Origin: Vezdaea acicularis
Taxonomy: Eukaryota
Reading direction: 5' to 3'
DNA: 64,000 bases
Assembly (NCBI GenBank): GCA_026025075.1
Contig: JAPEUI010000004.1
Span: 1-64,000, forward strand
Shown here: positions 42,244 through 58,874 of the stretch, in pieces
Position numbering within the stretch: position 1 is the first letter of the stretch
How the letters are laid out: each line of letters starts with the position of its first letter
Notes under the pieces: generated by a model
What the model was told of the DNA's origin: nothing
What the model saw: the letters and a program-made list of their open reading frames with translations, nothing else
Databases searched by the model: none
Position numbers and translations under genes: made by a program

Positions 42244-42851
42244 ATGGATTTTGTTACCAGGCGAAGGGGTGGGCTTTATGGCGCATGGTTCCTCTTTACT
42301 GCATATACGAACTGTTGCATATGAGTGGCGAGGTGGTGTTTGGGCATGGTAGAGGGGCATCTTGAAAGGTTTTGCGCGCAATTGCATTACATAGCTTCGC
42401 CGCTAAGGCCATAGATATTAGAATTCTGTTTGTAAAATTCAGCTCCGAGATCTCACATAAAACGCAGATGTTCTAATCGGCTAGGATGATCATCAAACTG
42501 TGTTTCCACATGCTCCAAACTAAAGGGGAAACGAAGAAGAGGACTAATGAACCACGGCTTCGACATGATGAATTCATGTGACCGGAATAATAATCTGAGC
42601 CCGTCAGAGCTTGAACAATAGAGAGCTGAGTAATTGTCGGCGTTTGGCATTGCTGATATATATTCGACCCATGAAGTTTTGCAAATCCTTGGAGGAGTCA
42701 TCATACTAAACATTGAAGAGAAGGGGTCATGATTTGTAAGGGAGAAGAAAGGTATGTAGATATGCAAAGCCCGTTCAAGCCGAGACCAGCACCAAGATGT
42801 AGTATCAATTCCTAAGGATAGGTTCAACTCCTAAGGATAGGTAGGGTAATC

Positions 42852-45292
42852 TTAACTCCTGCGCCCAGCCCTAACGCCTAACCTCCCATCGATCCCACTA
42901 TCCGTCCCCATCATCCCACTCACCACACTTCCCTTCCTCACATCTCCACTTTCCGGCCTATCATCGCGCTTTATCCGCAACCAAGCGACCTTTACGAAGC
43001 GACTCAAGTTCGCCCAGAAGTGCCTCCCAGCCTCGTGCTCCTGCACACGCTCGAGTAGCTCCACGGTCCGTTTTCGGACCTGCGCGTCACTATGGAAAAG
43101 GCCCAGGCTGATATAGAAAAGCCCGGCATGGGCTTCAGGCGTAAAGGTAAGCAGCTGGGTGATCTGTGCGGGCGTTTGCACGGCTGTGCTAAGCGCAGTG
43201 TAGATGGCACCACTGGCGGCAAGGGATAGTTTAGTGGTACGTAGTCGGTCATGTTGGTGGTGCAGGTCGAGTGATTTGAGGGGGCGGGCCGTGTAGAGAG
43301 TTGCGAGATCCTAAAGGCGCGAAACTAGGTTAACTCGTAGCTTTCTCAAGCCCCTGGCCCTAGAGTATCCTAGGAAACATACCTGTATGAAACTGTAGTA
43401 ACTCCGTGTATTCCTCCAGCCCTCGATCCGGCTTACGCTTCCAGCTAGCTCTTTTGCCTTTGCACTTTCATCGCTCCACACGTAGCCATGTCCGCTGACT
43501 CCGTGTACCCCAGCATCCGCTTCCTCGCCACCAATATATAGGGCCGAGGCCCCAAAGACGCTTTCTTCAAATGCGGCTGCTATCCTTGTGAACTTCATGA
43601 CCCAGTCTCGCCACTTAGCCCGGATCACAGCCTCGCCATGCCGAGATGCAATGCTCCGAAGAACGTCATCGATGAAGCTCTGGTCGCCCGTCGGGTCCGA
43701 GCTTGCTGCTGGGAATGACGATGAGGCGCTGTATGCTGGATTTTGCTGCTGGAAGTAAAGAAGACCCTCTGTCACTGGCGCTGGTTCAATCCGATTACTG
43801 ATTTTCATCCTCCCCGTAGGAATATCGCAGAGGAGATCCCACCATTCTGGGTGATTAGCAAACGCAGGATTCGTAACACCGGCAACAAAGCCTGGGACCT
43901 TTAGGAGATCATCGATTTTGGTAAGATCGGTATAAGGGAATGCATGGCGGGTGAAGCCCCTTAAGATACCTCCCGATACAAGCGCACATGCGGCAAGGAC
44001 GGCTTCAGCGACCTCGCCAGAAGGTCTGTTGTGGCCAAGGAAAATGACTCGCTTTTGCGTGAGCATTGCATTCACTAAGACAATTATTGGATGCGTGTAT
44101 GCACCACCTGTCGTCAGATGCGGGTGGATCATGAAAGGTTGAGAGGAAGCTGCATGGGGGGCAGAAAAGGTCTGGATGAGTTTTAACAAAGAGAAGTCTC
44201 CCACCGTCTCGGGAGAGATAGCTGTGGGGACTTTGATGGGTACAGGTATACCGTTGTAGAGGACCCGGGTTTCGAACTCATGCGTGTCGCGAGGGACAGC
44301 ATACTGAAGGTTTGCATGAGGGTGAATACCATTCCCTAGGCGCGGAAGGGACGTCGTAGACTTTGATGGGCTGTCAGCTGATATGTTATGGCCTTCAGCT
44401 GCTTCTTCCGCCATTCGCTGTTGAATCATATGTTCAAACTTTTCGACAAACATGTCCTTGATGTCGCTTGCCTGAAGGATCTGTCGTTCTAAAATATTTA
44501 GGCGTGGCATGAGGGAAAGATCCATTGAGTTTACTGAATTATATAGGGCTTGCAGCGTCTCTGGAATAGGGGATTTGAAGTATTCTTCTAAAGCAAGTAG
44601 AAGTAACGGCTTTACGGAAAGGTTAGTAGTTTCCCATTCTAGATTATTGTAGTACAAGGTACCTTATATATATGTAAAAACGAATGCCTGGTGCATATTG
44701 CCATCGCCTTCACCATTGCACCTCTACCGGCAAATCAGCATTATTTTCAGGATTTCGTCAAGAAGTCACACCTTTTAGCAGAAGTATCGTGTTTAGTATT
44801 AACGAGATTTAAAACATATATTAAAGGTGGCCCCTCTATACCATCTCCGTCGTCGTCTTCGAGTTCATCGTTATCCTCACTGCCCCCAGAGCCATCCTCA
44901 TAATCTTCATCATTGCCCTGATCACTACTGTCACTGTTGCGCCTAGCATCATTGTCGCCACTTCTCCTATCTCGTCTACGTTTCCTTGGACTAATTTGCT
45001 GCCTCTCTTCGTCTGCGCTTTTGTCTTTGTGAAGAAAAAATATGGTCCAGTCCTGGTTTCGTACATGAGCTTGATCTGGCAACATCAACTCTGCTAACAT
45101 ATTTTCGTCTCCACTTATAGCTCCAGGGTACTGATGTTCCATGATGGGACCACGGTCAATGTGGAATGATGCAACTAGGATATACTCGACATGGTTTTCA
45201 GTGCTACCTCTTGGATACTGCGATTTACTATACAATGATCCCCTTGAGTGCCTCGTCAGGCCTGTTGCTTTATTTGAATCGTTTGCCATCAT
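42852..45292 (-). CDS. mesA: MesA/Afi1 DENN-like polarity-axis protein, multi-exon
   Basis: [90 protein letters not shown] and AFPYTDLTK. Confidence 0.9.
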
Positions 45293-45753
45293 GTGGATGT
45301 GACCTCTGCTGATTCCCAAAATGTCATCAAAGTCGGAACGACTTCTCTAGTCCAGGCGCCCAGCCATGGGTACGAATGTGATCTTCGCTCAGCGCGAAAA
45401 CAGTCTCGTCATAAGAATAGAGTCGAGATTGCCGTCAGTAATGTGTATATTGCTAGCGGTTCATGTAGATTGAAAAAGTTCAGTTGCCCGAGTTGAGCTT
45501 CGTTTAAATGCGTCTCAAGGTGCGCTAGTTCGCACTAGAGGAAGCGAGACCTAGAAATCCGCAGGGATGGCTACGTCGAAATCTGGCAACATAGCATTTC
45601 TCTTTGCCTTCGCGCGCAAGCAACCGCCGCTGTCCTCAAAACTTCAAGAACGCCAATTTATTTTCCCACGTTTTGATCGGGTTATCTATTGGTACCTCGC
45701 AGAATTTGTCTTGGGCCTGGAGTATCACGGAGAGGGGCCTCGGTCGGGTGAGA

Positions 45754-48349
<2,596 letters not shown>

Positions 48350-48726
48350 ATAGTGGGCGAGAGTATAGCATGGAAGTCCACGAAGATGGGGGGCCCAATT
48401 TTACAGTTGTTCCGTGAGCGACGGGGTTGCAAAGTGTGTCGCAACCAAGAAAGATCATGTAGAGTAATGGTCTGTAGGAGCTATGCTTCAAATCAATTAA
48501 AATCTCAGTACTTGTTTGTTCTTTTCTACAAGAATGATGTAGGGTATCGATCATGAAGGATCGCGATGCTCCAGCCAAAAATTTTGGCAGTCTCGGTTCG
48601 ACAGGGCTTAACCCATGTGAATCTCGCTTAGGGAAATGTTCTCGCCCGTAGAGCCGCAAAGTGAAGATTTAACTCCTACCATATCTGCCATCGTCTAGTC
48701 TTGAAGACTCTAAAGATCCATTCATC

Positions 48727-49504
48727 ATGCGTGGGTACTGTGACGACCCCTAAGAAATTTCTCAACTGACTTAGGCAATTCAAATAGCTCCTAAATTCGA
48801 TCCTAATGAGGTCAAGGTTATGTAAGTAGGACCCCCAAGCAAGAACCTTCCGTGTATTCTACAGCAGTCCTCTTCTCTATATTGAGCCGATAAAATGCCA
48901 CTTACTGAGCCCACTAACCTGTAACGCTTCTTATAGTCACCTTAGAGCCACTGGCGGTGAAGTGGGTGCTTCTTCGGCACTCGCCCCTAAAATCGGTCCT
49001 TTAGGACTTTCGCCCAAGAAGGTTGGTGAAGATATTGCAAAGGCAACTGGAGATTGGGTAAATATGCACTTCGTAACCTATAAGCTCAAATCACTGAAAT
49101 TATCTACAGAAAGGTCTGCGTGTCACAGTCAAGCTCACCATCCAAAACCGGCAAGCCGCAGTCAGTGTCGTTCCATCAGCCTCATCACTAGTCATCAAAG
49201 CACTCAAAGAGCCTCCTCGAGATCGTAAGAAGGAGAAGAACATCAAGCACTCAAAGTCAGTTACTTTAGACGAGATTATTGATATTGCGCGGACAATGAG
49301 GTTTAAGAGTTTGGCAAAGGACCTTAAGGGCACTGTGAAGGAGATTCTCGGTACCGCTTTCAGTGTCGGATGCCAGGTTGACGGCAGGAGCCCGAAGGAT
49401 ATCAGCGACGATATTGAGAGCGGCGAAATTGAGAGTAGGTCCCGGCCATAACAATAAGCTCTGGGTTACACTACTGACATGGTGTCCTAGTTCCGGACGA
49501 GTGA
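48727..49504 (+). CDS. RPL12: 60S ribosomal protein L12 (uL11), five exons including a 4-nt first coding exon
   Basis: [46 protein letters not shown] and [15 protein letters not shown]. Confidence 0.97.
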
Positions 49505-50049
49505 AGGAAACCCCTAGAACATTCCTTACGACCTGCTAGCTCTTCTGCACTGTCATATAATTGCACTTTACCTGTTCAAAAGAGTGCTTATGGTAGGGAG
49601 GGATGTATGTGTTCCGCCTATCCCTTCAAGGTGCATTTACTGTTTGAATGAACTTTCCGTGAACCTCAAATCATCGTCCTGATTGATCGGTGCATGCATA
49701 TCATGCTACAACTTCCATCACAACTATCAAAAGATAGAATCCCTTCGTACTTTGCCAACACTCTGGCCCATACCTCCTCTCCCTTGTGGATGTGGTTCAA
49801 TCTATGGTATTGGCCTATTTTGGTGCAAAGGAGATGACATATGGCTATATACTCATCGCTGCATCCTTGGGTTTACACCCGGTGGGCGCAGCGATCCATC
49901 TATTATGGCCTACATTCCTTGCACGTGGCTCTTTGGCATACGTTGGGAGTTGAGAAGTTCGACCCGACAAAGTATAGCATTAGGCATAATGCTTGAGCAA
50001 TGACAATAAACCTTAAATGCTAGCCAACGTTAATAGGCTAAACGTCGCT

Positions 50050-50660
50050 CTCAAGCATCTGGAATGCCAGTGCATACAACGGAAGGCAGTTGATATCCTC
50101 CGTTCATCACCAGCAGGCAATTCTGATGTATGTGGCATGCCACCTTCGTATGAGCTCAAAATTTCTGCATTGTGAGTGAAGATGTCATAACATTTGATGA
50201 GACGCGTTTCATAACGCGATGTTGGACGTTTGATCAGCAAAATAGCTTGTTGCTCCTTCGACTCCTCTCGCTTCCTTCGCAGGAAGTATGCGTGGTATGT
50301 TGCAGCGTCATTGCCCCCACGTCCATTTAAACCTTGTTCCACTTAGACCATTTTCTTCTGGTCTCTACGAGCAATCTAGTAGAAGGATGATTATAGATCT
50401 TATTTTCCCATCTCGATTCTCTGACCGCTGTTTGGAATCTTGCCATGTGGCGTATTCGTCGCGTGAGAGCTTTTTAGTTGAGAGGAATCGCAAAGAGTAT
50501 ACTGCAGCCGTGAAAGGGTAACAGGAGAGGGCATAAATGAACTCAAAGTAACCCGGATCCAAGAGTCCCAAATCGGCTAAACCGTCGGCAAGGCGTATGG
50601 CTATCATTATGATGTATGCGATAGAGGATTCGCCTGTCGACATTGAAGAACACAGCTCAG
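50050..50660 (-). pseudogene. Possible frameshifted remnant of an ADP-ribosyltransferase-fold fungal gene
   Basis: One frame gives RILYRIHHNDSHTP. The adjacent frame continues with ..SLRFLST.. and IIILLLDC, then a stop. Motif resemblance only. Confidence 0.3.
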
Positions 50661-51993
50661 AGTTAAGGCATTCCGGCACGGTCTAGCAGGTGAGGAATGA
50701 ACCATTCATCTATCTACAAGGATAACCCCGAAGGGCCATCCCCGAGCGCAATTGGCGATAGGCTTGGAAGGAGAACCTGGAGATTTCCGTGCTTACGGGG
50801 GTGTTTCTAGTGTCCGAGGCATAGTGCGATCCAAGAGCGATGGACCACTCCGTTTCCCTCAAGTGTTTCAAACCTCGCAGTTAGCCAATATGTTTTCTCT
50901 GCTCGGCCATCAGGGGCGTTGGTGTGGAAGCAACATTCTTGAGGGTTTGCAAAGTCGTCAAGGCCACGTAGTGGATGGGGTCAACTACCACCGTAGGTGA
51001 CGTGGGACAGGGTCCAGGTGCCAGCTCTCATTTGTCCACTCGAATGTCATTCCTGCATGACCTTTCGTGTCTGGACGGGCGCCTACAGGTCCCATCAGAC
51101 TCCGCCTGCTTGTATCTCACCGATTTTGCGCATTACGCACGGCAAGGCTTGGTTTAACGTTCCTACACCTCGGTATAGATGTATTTGATCGGTTTCAGAG
51201 TGACTGAATGAATCAAGGCCGTTATATTGCGTGAAGTTTACGTAGGATATCACACTAGGGTCCAAAATTGGTTGCGGTGGGATGAGCCACACCTGCAGCG
51301 ACGGCGTGGACGCCCGTTGTTAAAGTGCCCGCTACAGGCCATTGTGGTGGGAGCACTAAAGGCTTGCATGCAGCAGTCCTTCCCTACCAAAAGCACGACT
51401 TGCAGCCCCCAAGACGAGAAACCTCGACTTTTCTCTTTTCCGCCGCTTTCTTTCATCTTCATCCTCCATGAGGAGAGCGGACCCTCCTCCTCGAGTCATC
51501 ATCGCCGTCATTCCCCTATCAGTGCGCATCTACATCCTCTCTGCCTGCTCCATCCCGACTGCGATCCCTAAGACGCGCTTCTGAGGGAGGTCGAAACCAA
51601 GTGCGTCTAACATCCGTGCTGCATCCCTCACAACCCGACATACGACACTCCACGTACATTGATCAAGGCCGGCCTGATTCAACGATCTTATCACCGAAAG
51701 TTCTCAAATTGCTCTCTTTTGGATCGTTGGAAATGCAAGGCGAGGATACTAGGGCAATTAGGAGACTTTGCAAAGGCATTGGCATTCTCCAGCCTCGATG
51801 AAGCACATCTGACGCCAAATCTCCCCGACCGAGGGCCTTCATGTTTCTTGCACCGTTACTTAGCGATTCCTTTCCTTCCTCAACATAATTGGTGTTTTGT
51901 GTTGAATAGACGATCTTTAGCCGTCACCTCTTACGATTTCTTTCGACCCGTCTAATTGCTACGGGCTCGGTGTGTGAAAAGCACGGCTACGAG

Positions 51994-54900
51994 ATGTTTC
52001 CACAGGTCCAGACACCGTCGTACCCCCCCCAGCCATTCCCTATACAGCAGCAAAGGCAGGATCAAACTTATCACAGCTTCTACAACTCGCTTCCCAATTC
52101 TCCGGGCTTAAAGCGTACTCAAGACAGACCGTTCGCGCAGACTCAACCTCAGCTATTTCGACCCGTATTACTGCCTGAACAATATGCGCATCCGCTGCGA
52201 CGAGCAAGCGATACTTCGTCCCTGAGTTCACCACGCAGCTTATCGGATGACTCGGCTTACAATGCGGAACATATGTTGAGGAGGAAGACACCCAACGGTA
52301 CACTCTCGGCTGGCTATGATGGAACGCCAGTTGAATGGGCCGATTCGAAGCCTCATGCCATGAAGCATATTCTGCTACCCGTCACCAATGGAAGCAGTCG
52401 ACTGCAGTCGCCTCCTACATCCGTACAGAATATAGATTACATGTCATCTCTGCCCATTCGGCAACAGACGAATCTTCGGTATGCCGTTGGGGCGGATTCA
52501 AGTCAGCAACTCAACGCTCCATCTGGTAATCTGGGAGGTGGGGCGGACCAGCTCGGAGGAGCGTGGATCCACCCTGTCAATCATGCGGGAGGCATAGATT
52601 CTGTGTTGAACCAGGTCCCTATGCAGCCGAGTCCGGGATATATCTACCCGAATCAGAATGGTATTCGAGTACCAACCGTCTTGCAGCCGATGTATCAACC
52701 ATGTATGGGCCCAACCGCGTCAAATGAAGGAGGCCCTTACGGTCCATATTGGCCGGATGGTCGCTTCATACCGTATAGACCGGCTGCATTGCAGGATCAC
52801 AGGTTCCATCAAGATGTGAATGCTAATCAAGCGAGTTGGAATGGCATAGGAGGGAGCGGATACGCGAATGCAGCTCAAACGGGCTGGCAACCAAATAATC
52901 GTATACCCCCGGTGGCAAACACTCGAGCCGACTCCGATCCATATAACTCGGCTTTCCAATCCATGCAGACACCGTCTGGGCTTCAACGCAACGTTGGTCC
53001 TACAGAATACCCTTTCCCAAGCATATCTCAGGTTGAGTCTGTTAAGCTGCAGGGACCTCAAGGGTATTCGGCAACTCCGTATCCTAGCCATGGGACTCCA
53101 AACACGCCGTTGGTTAATAGCCATCATTCTTTCCAAGCGAGTAATTATGCTCAGAGGCGAGAGTCTCATCAAGAGACCACCTCTCAGATATTTTATGACC
53201 GCAACCAGCCACCAACCTCTGACTCTGGCTTTGTCGTGGGCAACTTACAATTTAGGGACCAGGTCCTGACCTGGGCGCATTCGGTGTACGTCGATCTCCT
53301 AACGTCTTTACATCAAACGAGGAAGTACCAGCAGAAGAATCGCCTGGGAAACGGGCAACAGAATTCCGCTAGAGGGATATATCCAAAGCCTCCTCGACAG
53401 CCAGGCGCAAACTTTTCTGCTAATCACACCACAAATCTGAACTTGAATGGGTCTGCGCAAGCCGCTCAAAAGCAAACAGGCGCACCAAGACGACATTCTT
53501 TAAAATCCCCCGAACGGTCGCAAGGTCTGAACGAACAACTCACGAATGTACGGAGTTTTAGCCTCGGCACGTTTGAACAAGGGGAAAAGAAGAACGAAGC
53601 AGTTCCACATGTGACTCGATCATTTTCTACGCCCAGCTCCCCTGGCAGGACACATGACCAAGTACATAAGATTCGCCGCACGTCTGGGTCGACGCCACTC
53701 CCTCCGTTAGTACATACACAGGCAATGTGGAATCAACGCGCTGCTACTGCACAATCGGCCCTAGAAATACTTACCACTTTGTGTGAGCGGAGCAAGTGGC
53801 ACTGGATTGATGGTATGCTCTTGGGGGGATGCCTGGCCTATGGTCTTGCAGACTATACGAGGGCTCTCCAATGGTACTCCAAGATACTTGAACTTGATCC
53901 GGATCATGTGGAAGCTATCTCGAATTTGGCGGCAACTCTTTTGTCTCTTCACAGAAGGGAGGAAGCCGAAACATACTGGCTTCGTTCTGTGAAGCTTAGG
54001 CCAAGTTACTTTGAGGCCGTCGAACACCTTATCGGACTTCTTTGCGGCGATCATCGTGGAAAGGAGGCAGTTGATATCATTGAGTTCGTGGAGCGTTCCT
54101 TGAGAATAGTACAGCATAATGACACCCTTCGGCCCGGAGATTATTTGAGTGAAGATGAGAGCGAGACCAGCCGATCTTCAAGCGCAGTTTCCGAGTTTGA
54201 GGATAAACCAGCCTTCGACTTTGATATCGTTGAACCCGGATCAGGGGCCACCGACGGATGGGAACGCGCAACGTCGAAGCGGGATGGCTTTGGATCGAGC
54301 GGCTATGCGATCCCTGGCTCAGAAAACGGGCGGATGCTCGCTCTCGTTCACGCGAAGGGCAACATGATGTATGCTCTCGGCGACAATGTTGGTGCAGCAA
54401 AAGCGTTTGAAGATGCGGTACTGATCGGGTCCGGGCGACGCGTCCGCGGGATTGCGGGATTGATACAACGCATTCTCTCGGTTGTATCGACGGACCATTC
54501 ACTTGCAGGATACACAGATAACGCTGGAACTCCGACACAAGATCCAATTCTGCTCCTTCCAGACAAGGCGCTCCAAACCTCGAAGCTGATTTTTCCAGGG
54601 AGCGGCGACCTGCCAGGGCTAAAATATGTCAACAATGAGATGTCCAAGAAGGCTGCCATATCCACGACAAGCAACTCCCTGCTGTCTCTTGCTAAGATCT
54701 TTCAAGACGGGATGTCTTCTAGCTCTGGTGCCATGGGCGGACCTCGACCCGCGTCTGGTGTGCGGGATATCCTCGCACTCTACTACCTTTCCCTTTCCCT
54801 ACAACCGAGCCCCTCAACAGCCAATAATGTTGGGATCCTCCTAGCCAGCGTTCAACATTCCGCTCCTTCAAAGGCGATCGTCAGCTCAACTCAAACGCAA

Positions 54901-57443
54901 TACCCCTCTATCCCTGGCGTCCTGCCTGGCAGTGGTGTAGCCCTAGCTCTAGCGTATTACAATTATGGCTTAAACCTCGACTCACGACACGCTCATCTCT
55001 ACACGAATTTTGGTAGCCTTCTTAAAGATATCGGTCAGCTCAATGCGGCGATCAAGATGTACGAGCTGGCTGTGCAGTACGAGCCCAATTTCGACATTGC
55101 TTTGGCAAACCTCGCAAATGCGGTCAAGGATCAGGGGCGGATCAGTGATGCCATTGGCTACTATAAGAGAGCAGTTCAGGCAAGTCCCGACTTTGCTGAG
55201 GCAGTCTGTGGCTTGGCAAACGCGTTGAACTCTGTCTGCGGATGGACTAGTAGGGGAGGTGTTGTTCAGGAGGGAGGCCAGCGCGATCGTTGGCACGTCG
55301 ATGATAAAGGCATGCTCCTTGATGCCAAAGCTCATGGAGCTCTAGGGGTTGGCTGGATGAAGCGAGTCGTTGATATCGTTGAGAAGCAGCTTGCGGACGG
55401 GGAAACTTGGGGCAACGGTGCTCTCAATGACGTTGCCCGTCGAAACCTGGTATCTCTGCTTGAGCTTGTTGAAGAGAATGGCAAGATGTCTGGTGAGAAG
55501 CGTGCGAGCCTTGAGGCGCGACTGAAGTCTTGGCATGGAAAGTCCTATGAAGGCGCTAAGATCGTTCGACTGGTGGAACGAGCGGCGAAAAAGATAGGCT
55601 GGTGGTGGTACCAAGATAAATACGTGAAGAAAAAGGAGCTCAATCCAGGGAGGTATGCTCGCCCACAGTTGCCTCCTTCACTCTCCGTACCGACCGCCCC
55701 GACCGTACTACCTTTCCATACCTTTACGTGTCCGCTCTCGGCAAAACAGATAAGGATGATATCCCAACGGAACGGACTCCGAATATCGTGCTCCACTCTT
55801 CGCTCACCATGGTTACCGAACATCGTCTACAAGCCCCCTGCTCCACCACAACCCCACCTGAACGTCGGATACGTCTCCTCTGACTTTAACAACCACCCTC
55901 TCGCCCACCTCATGCAATCCGTTTTTGGGTTTCACGATACCAAGCGCGTCAAAGCGTTCTGCTACGCCACAACCGCCAGCGACAACTCGGTCCACCGCCA
56001 GCAGATCCAACGCGAAGCACCTGTCTTCCATGACGCAAGCAGCTGGTCCGTGGAGAAGCTAGTCAAGAAAATTGTCTCTGACGGCATCCACATTCTAGTT
56101 AACCTGAACGGCTACACGCGCGGCGCCCGCAACGAAGTCTTCGCCGCCCGCCCCGCTCCGATCCAAATGTCGTTCATGGGCTTCGCCGGGACCCTCGGCG
56201 CAGAGTGGTGCGATTACCTGCTCGCAGATGAGACGGCAGTGCCACTCGATACGCTACGGCCGTGGCGGCGCAATATCGATATCGAGGATCAAGCACAGGA
56301 CGAAAATGAAGGGTCTGAGGAAGGCTGGGTCTACAGCGAGAACATCATTTTCTCGCGTGACACGTTCTTCTGCTGCGACCACCGGCAGTCGGCACCAGAC
56401 GCGCAAGAGAAGCAGCTTACCTGGGACGAGGAACAGAAGCGAAGGTGGAAGATGCGCAAGGAGCTATTTCCCACACTCGCGGACGACGCCATCATCCTTG
56501 GGAATTTTAACCAGCTGTATAAGGTTCGCTGGCTGCCCATTTACCCCTATCTCCTATCCCCTATCCCCTATCTCTTTTTACTTCGTCCCTCCGCCCCTGC
56601 GCCTCTCCAACTCGCATCCCTACTAACACTCTCCTACAGATCGAACCTACAACCTTTCGCACCTGGTTGCGCATCTTGCACCGCCTCCCCCGCGCCATCC
56701 TTTGGCTCTTGCGCTTCCCTGACCTAGGAGAATCCCATCTGCTCGCGACGGCGCGCCTCTGGGCCGGTCCTGACGTCGCCTCTCGCATTCTTTTCACCGA
56801 AGTCGCCGCCAAGGCGCAGCACATCTCGCGCGCGCGCGTCTGCGACCTATTCCTTGACACCCCCGAGTGCAACGCGCACACCACCGCCGCAGACGTGCTG
56901 TGGAGCGGCACCCCGCTGCTCACGCGGCCACGCTGGCGCTACAAGATGTGTAGTCGCATGGCCGCGAGTATCCTCCGGGGCGCACTACCGCAGGGGCCGG
57001 CCGGCGAAGAGGCTGCGAAAGAGCTGGTGAGTGCGAGCGAGGAAGAATATGAAGAGGCTGCTGTCCGGCTGGGGAAAGGCTGCCGGTATGACGGGGAGGG
57101 CGGGGGGAGTGGCAGGCTGATGGAGCTGCGCAAAATGCTGTATGAGAGCCGCTGGACGAGCAAGCTGTTCGACACGCGGCGCTGGGTCGGCGATCTGGAG
57201 GACGCGTATCAGGTTGTTTGGGAGAGGTGGGTGCGTGGGGAGGGAGGGGATGTGTGGCTGAACGAGTATCCACGTGGGTATGGCAAAAGGGGGAGTGTGA
57301 AGGAGGAAGAGGAGGACGATGACGGGGATGAAGACCAGGCCAAGAAGGCGCAGCGGAACGAATCTAGGGCCGTGAAGCCAGAGCCGAGCGAGCCGAGAGA
57401 GGGCCGAGAGAAGGACACCGGCAAGAGCAGGGTTAAGAAGTGA
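51994..57443 (+). CDS. O-GlcNAc transferase-like GT41 protein with TPR repeats; exons 51994-56523, 56640-57443
   Basis: TPR repeats (HVEAISNLAATL, FDIALANLANAVKDQG). GT41 motifs VGYVSSDFNNHPLAHLM, HILVNLNGYTRGARNE, RPAPIQMSFMGFAGT, NFNQLYKI, DLFLDTPECNAHTTAAD.LW.GTP and SRMAAS. Confidence 0.95.
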
Positions 57444-57923
57444 TACCTCTCGGACTGCACAACAAGGTTATTAATCTTCCTGCTGGACAATTTCCCTTTC
57501 TTTTTTTTCTCTAAAATATAAAGCGTAGATGGTTGGTTGGTTGGCCGGATGGGGCTTTAGATCTTTTTCCTTTTCTTCTTCTCTTTCACCCTTTCCGCTT
57601 CTCTCTCGTCCTTCGTCGGGACCGGCACCGGGAGTACAGACCAGAAGGCAATAACCCGCGATGGACTAGGGCAGCGAGTCGCGGGGTAGCTGTCTGCCCC
57701 TTTTTTTTGGGTTTCGTTCGACGTAGAATCTGTGCTTGTTGTTGGGACTTGGGCTTGTGTTGGGCTGGGTTATGTTGGGTTAGTTTGGATCAGGACTGCT
57801 TGGATCAAGGGGCTGTGAATGAATGGGATTCCTCGTCGGGGATATCTTGTCGGGTATGAATAAGTGCGTATGCATGTAGCGCTGGAGTTTTACCCTTTCC
57901 TGTTGTCTCACGGATCGCTCGCT

Positions 57924-57960
57924 GCTGAGTGCTGAGTGCTGAGTGCTAAGTGCTGAGTAC
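57924..57960. repeat. Heptanucleotide tandem repeat (GCTGAGT) x ~5
   Basis: gctgagt gctgagt gctgagt gctaagt gctgagt read directly. Confidence 0.9.
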
Positions 57961-58215
57961 TGTGTACCGAGTCCTCGAAAACGAAAGAGACGGCCGATCA
58001 AGATAATGCCATGAGGAACACATCCACAACCTCCTGTTCGTCATTCTACTAATGCCAGGACTGCTGGTATAACACCCTTTCTACTATAATCTCTTCCCCC
58101 TTCTCCCCCTTCTCTCCTGTCACTCCTAAGTGATCCAGCTCCCAGCGGTAAGTCCCCATCCACTCCTCCCGCCACCAACTACAAATCACCGTAATTGAGG
58201 CTCCACTGACCGCCA

Positions 58216-58874
58216 TCACGCCTTTAGGCTATACCACTCGAAGTCCGATATCTTCTTCGCGCCCATTTTCATATCCCTGATCCAGCCACAAGCCAGCGCC
58301 AACCCTTGCTCCGGCTCGCCCGCCACCCCCGTCATCATCACCTCCTCAATCCTCGTCTTCCCCCTGACCATTCTGTCCTAAACCCCGCCCTCGTCAACAT
58401 CTACCCCTCATCACCCAAACAAGAAGCAGAGGAGCTGACCCAACTCACCTTCAATTTCCTGACATTAGCAATCCCCACCACCGCCGCGATCCTCATGCCC
58501 GGCGTCGTCTCATTATCCCACACCGCATCAAACACGTATAACGTGGCCCCCTGCCGCATGACCGCAACCGTCCGCCATTCCATCGCCGAGCCAGTAACGC
58601 TCTCGAGATCGCTGGAGATCAGCGCCAGCCCGCCGGCCGAAACAAGGCTCTTTTGGCATTTGCTCAGGGTGATGCGGCCTTCGTAGTCGCTGAGGGATTC
58701 GGGGGCGACGGCGTTGAGGTAGCCGGTCTTGTTCTTGGCGTCGGCGTAGGCGGTCCATTCGGGACAGAGGCGGAGGTTGGTGGTGGGGTCGGTGGAGAGC
58801 GAGAGGAGGTATGAGTTGATGGTGGTGGTGCTGGTGAGGTTGGTGAAGGAGGTGGGATCCATTGCGGTGGTCAT
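58216..58874 (-). CDS. Small (~195 aa) hypothetical protein; exons 58874-58449, 58377-58216
   Basis: GC3-biased ORF. A phase-0 intron (GTGAGT..TTGAC..TAG) joins NVRKLK to DRMVRGKTRIEEVMMTGVAG...WYSLKA*. Confidence 0.7.
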
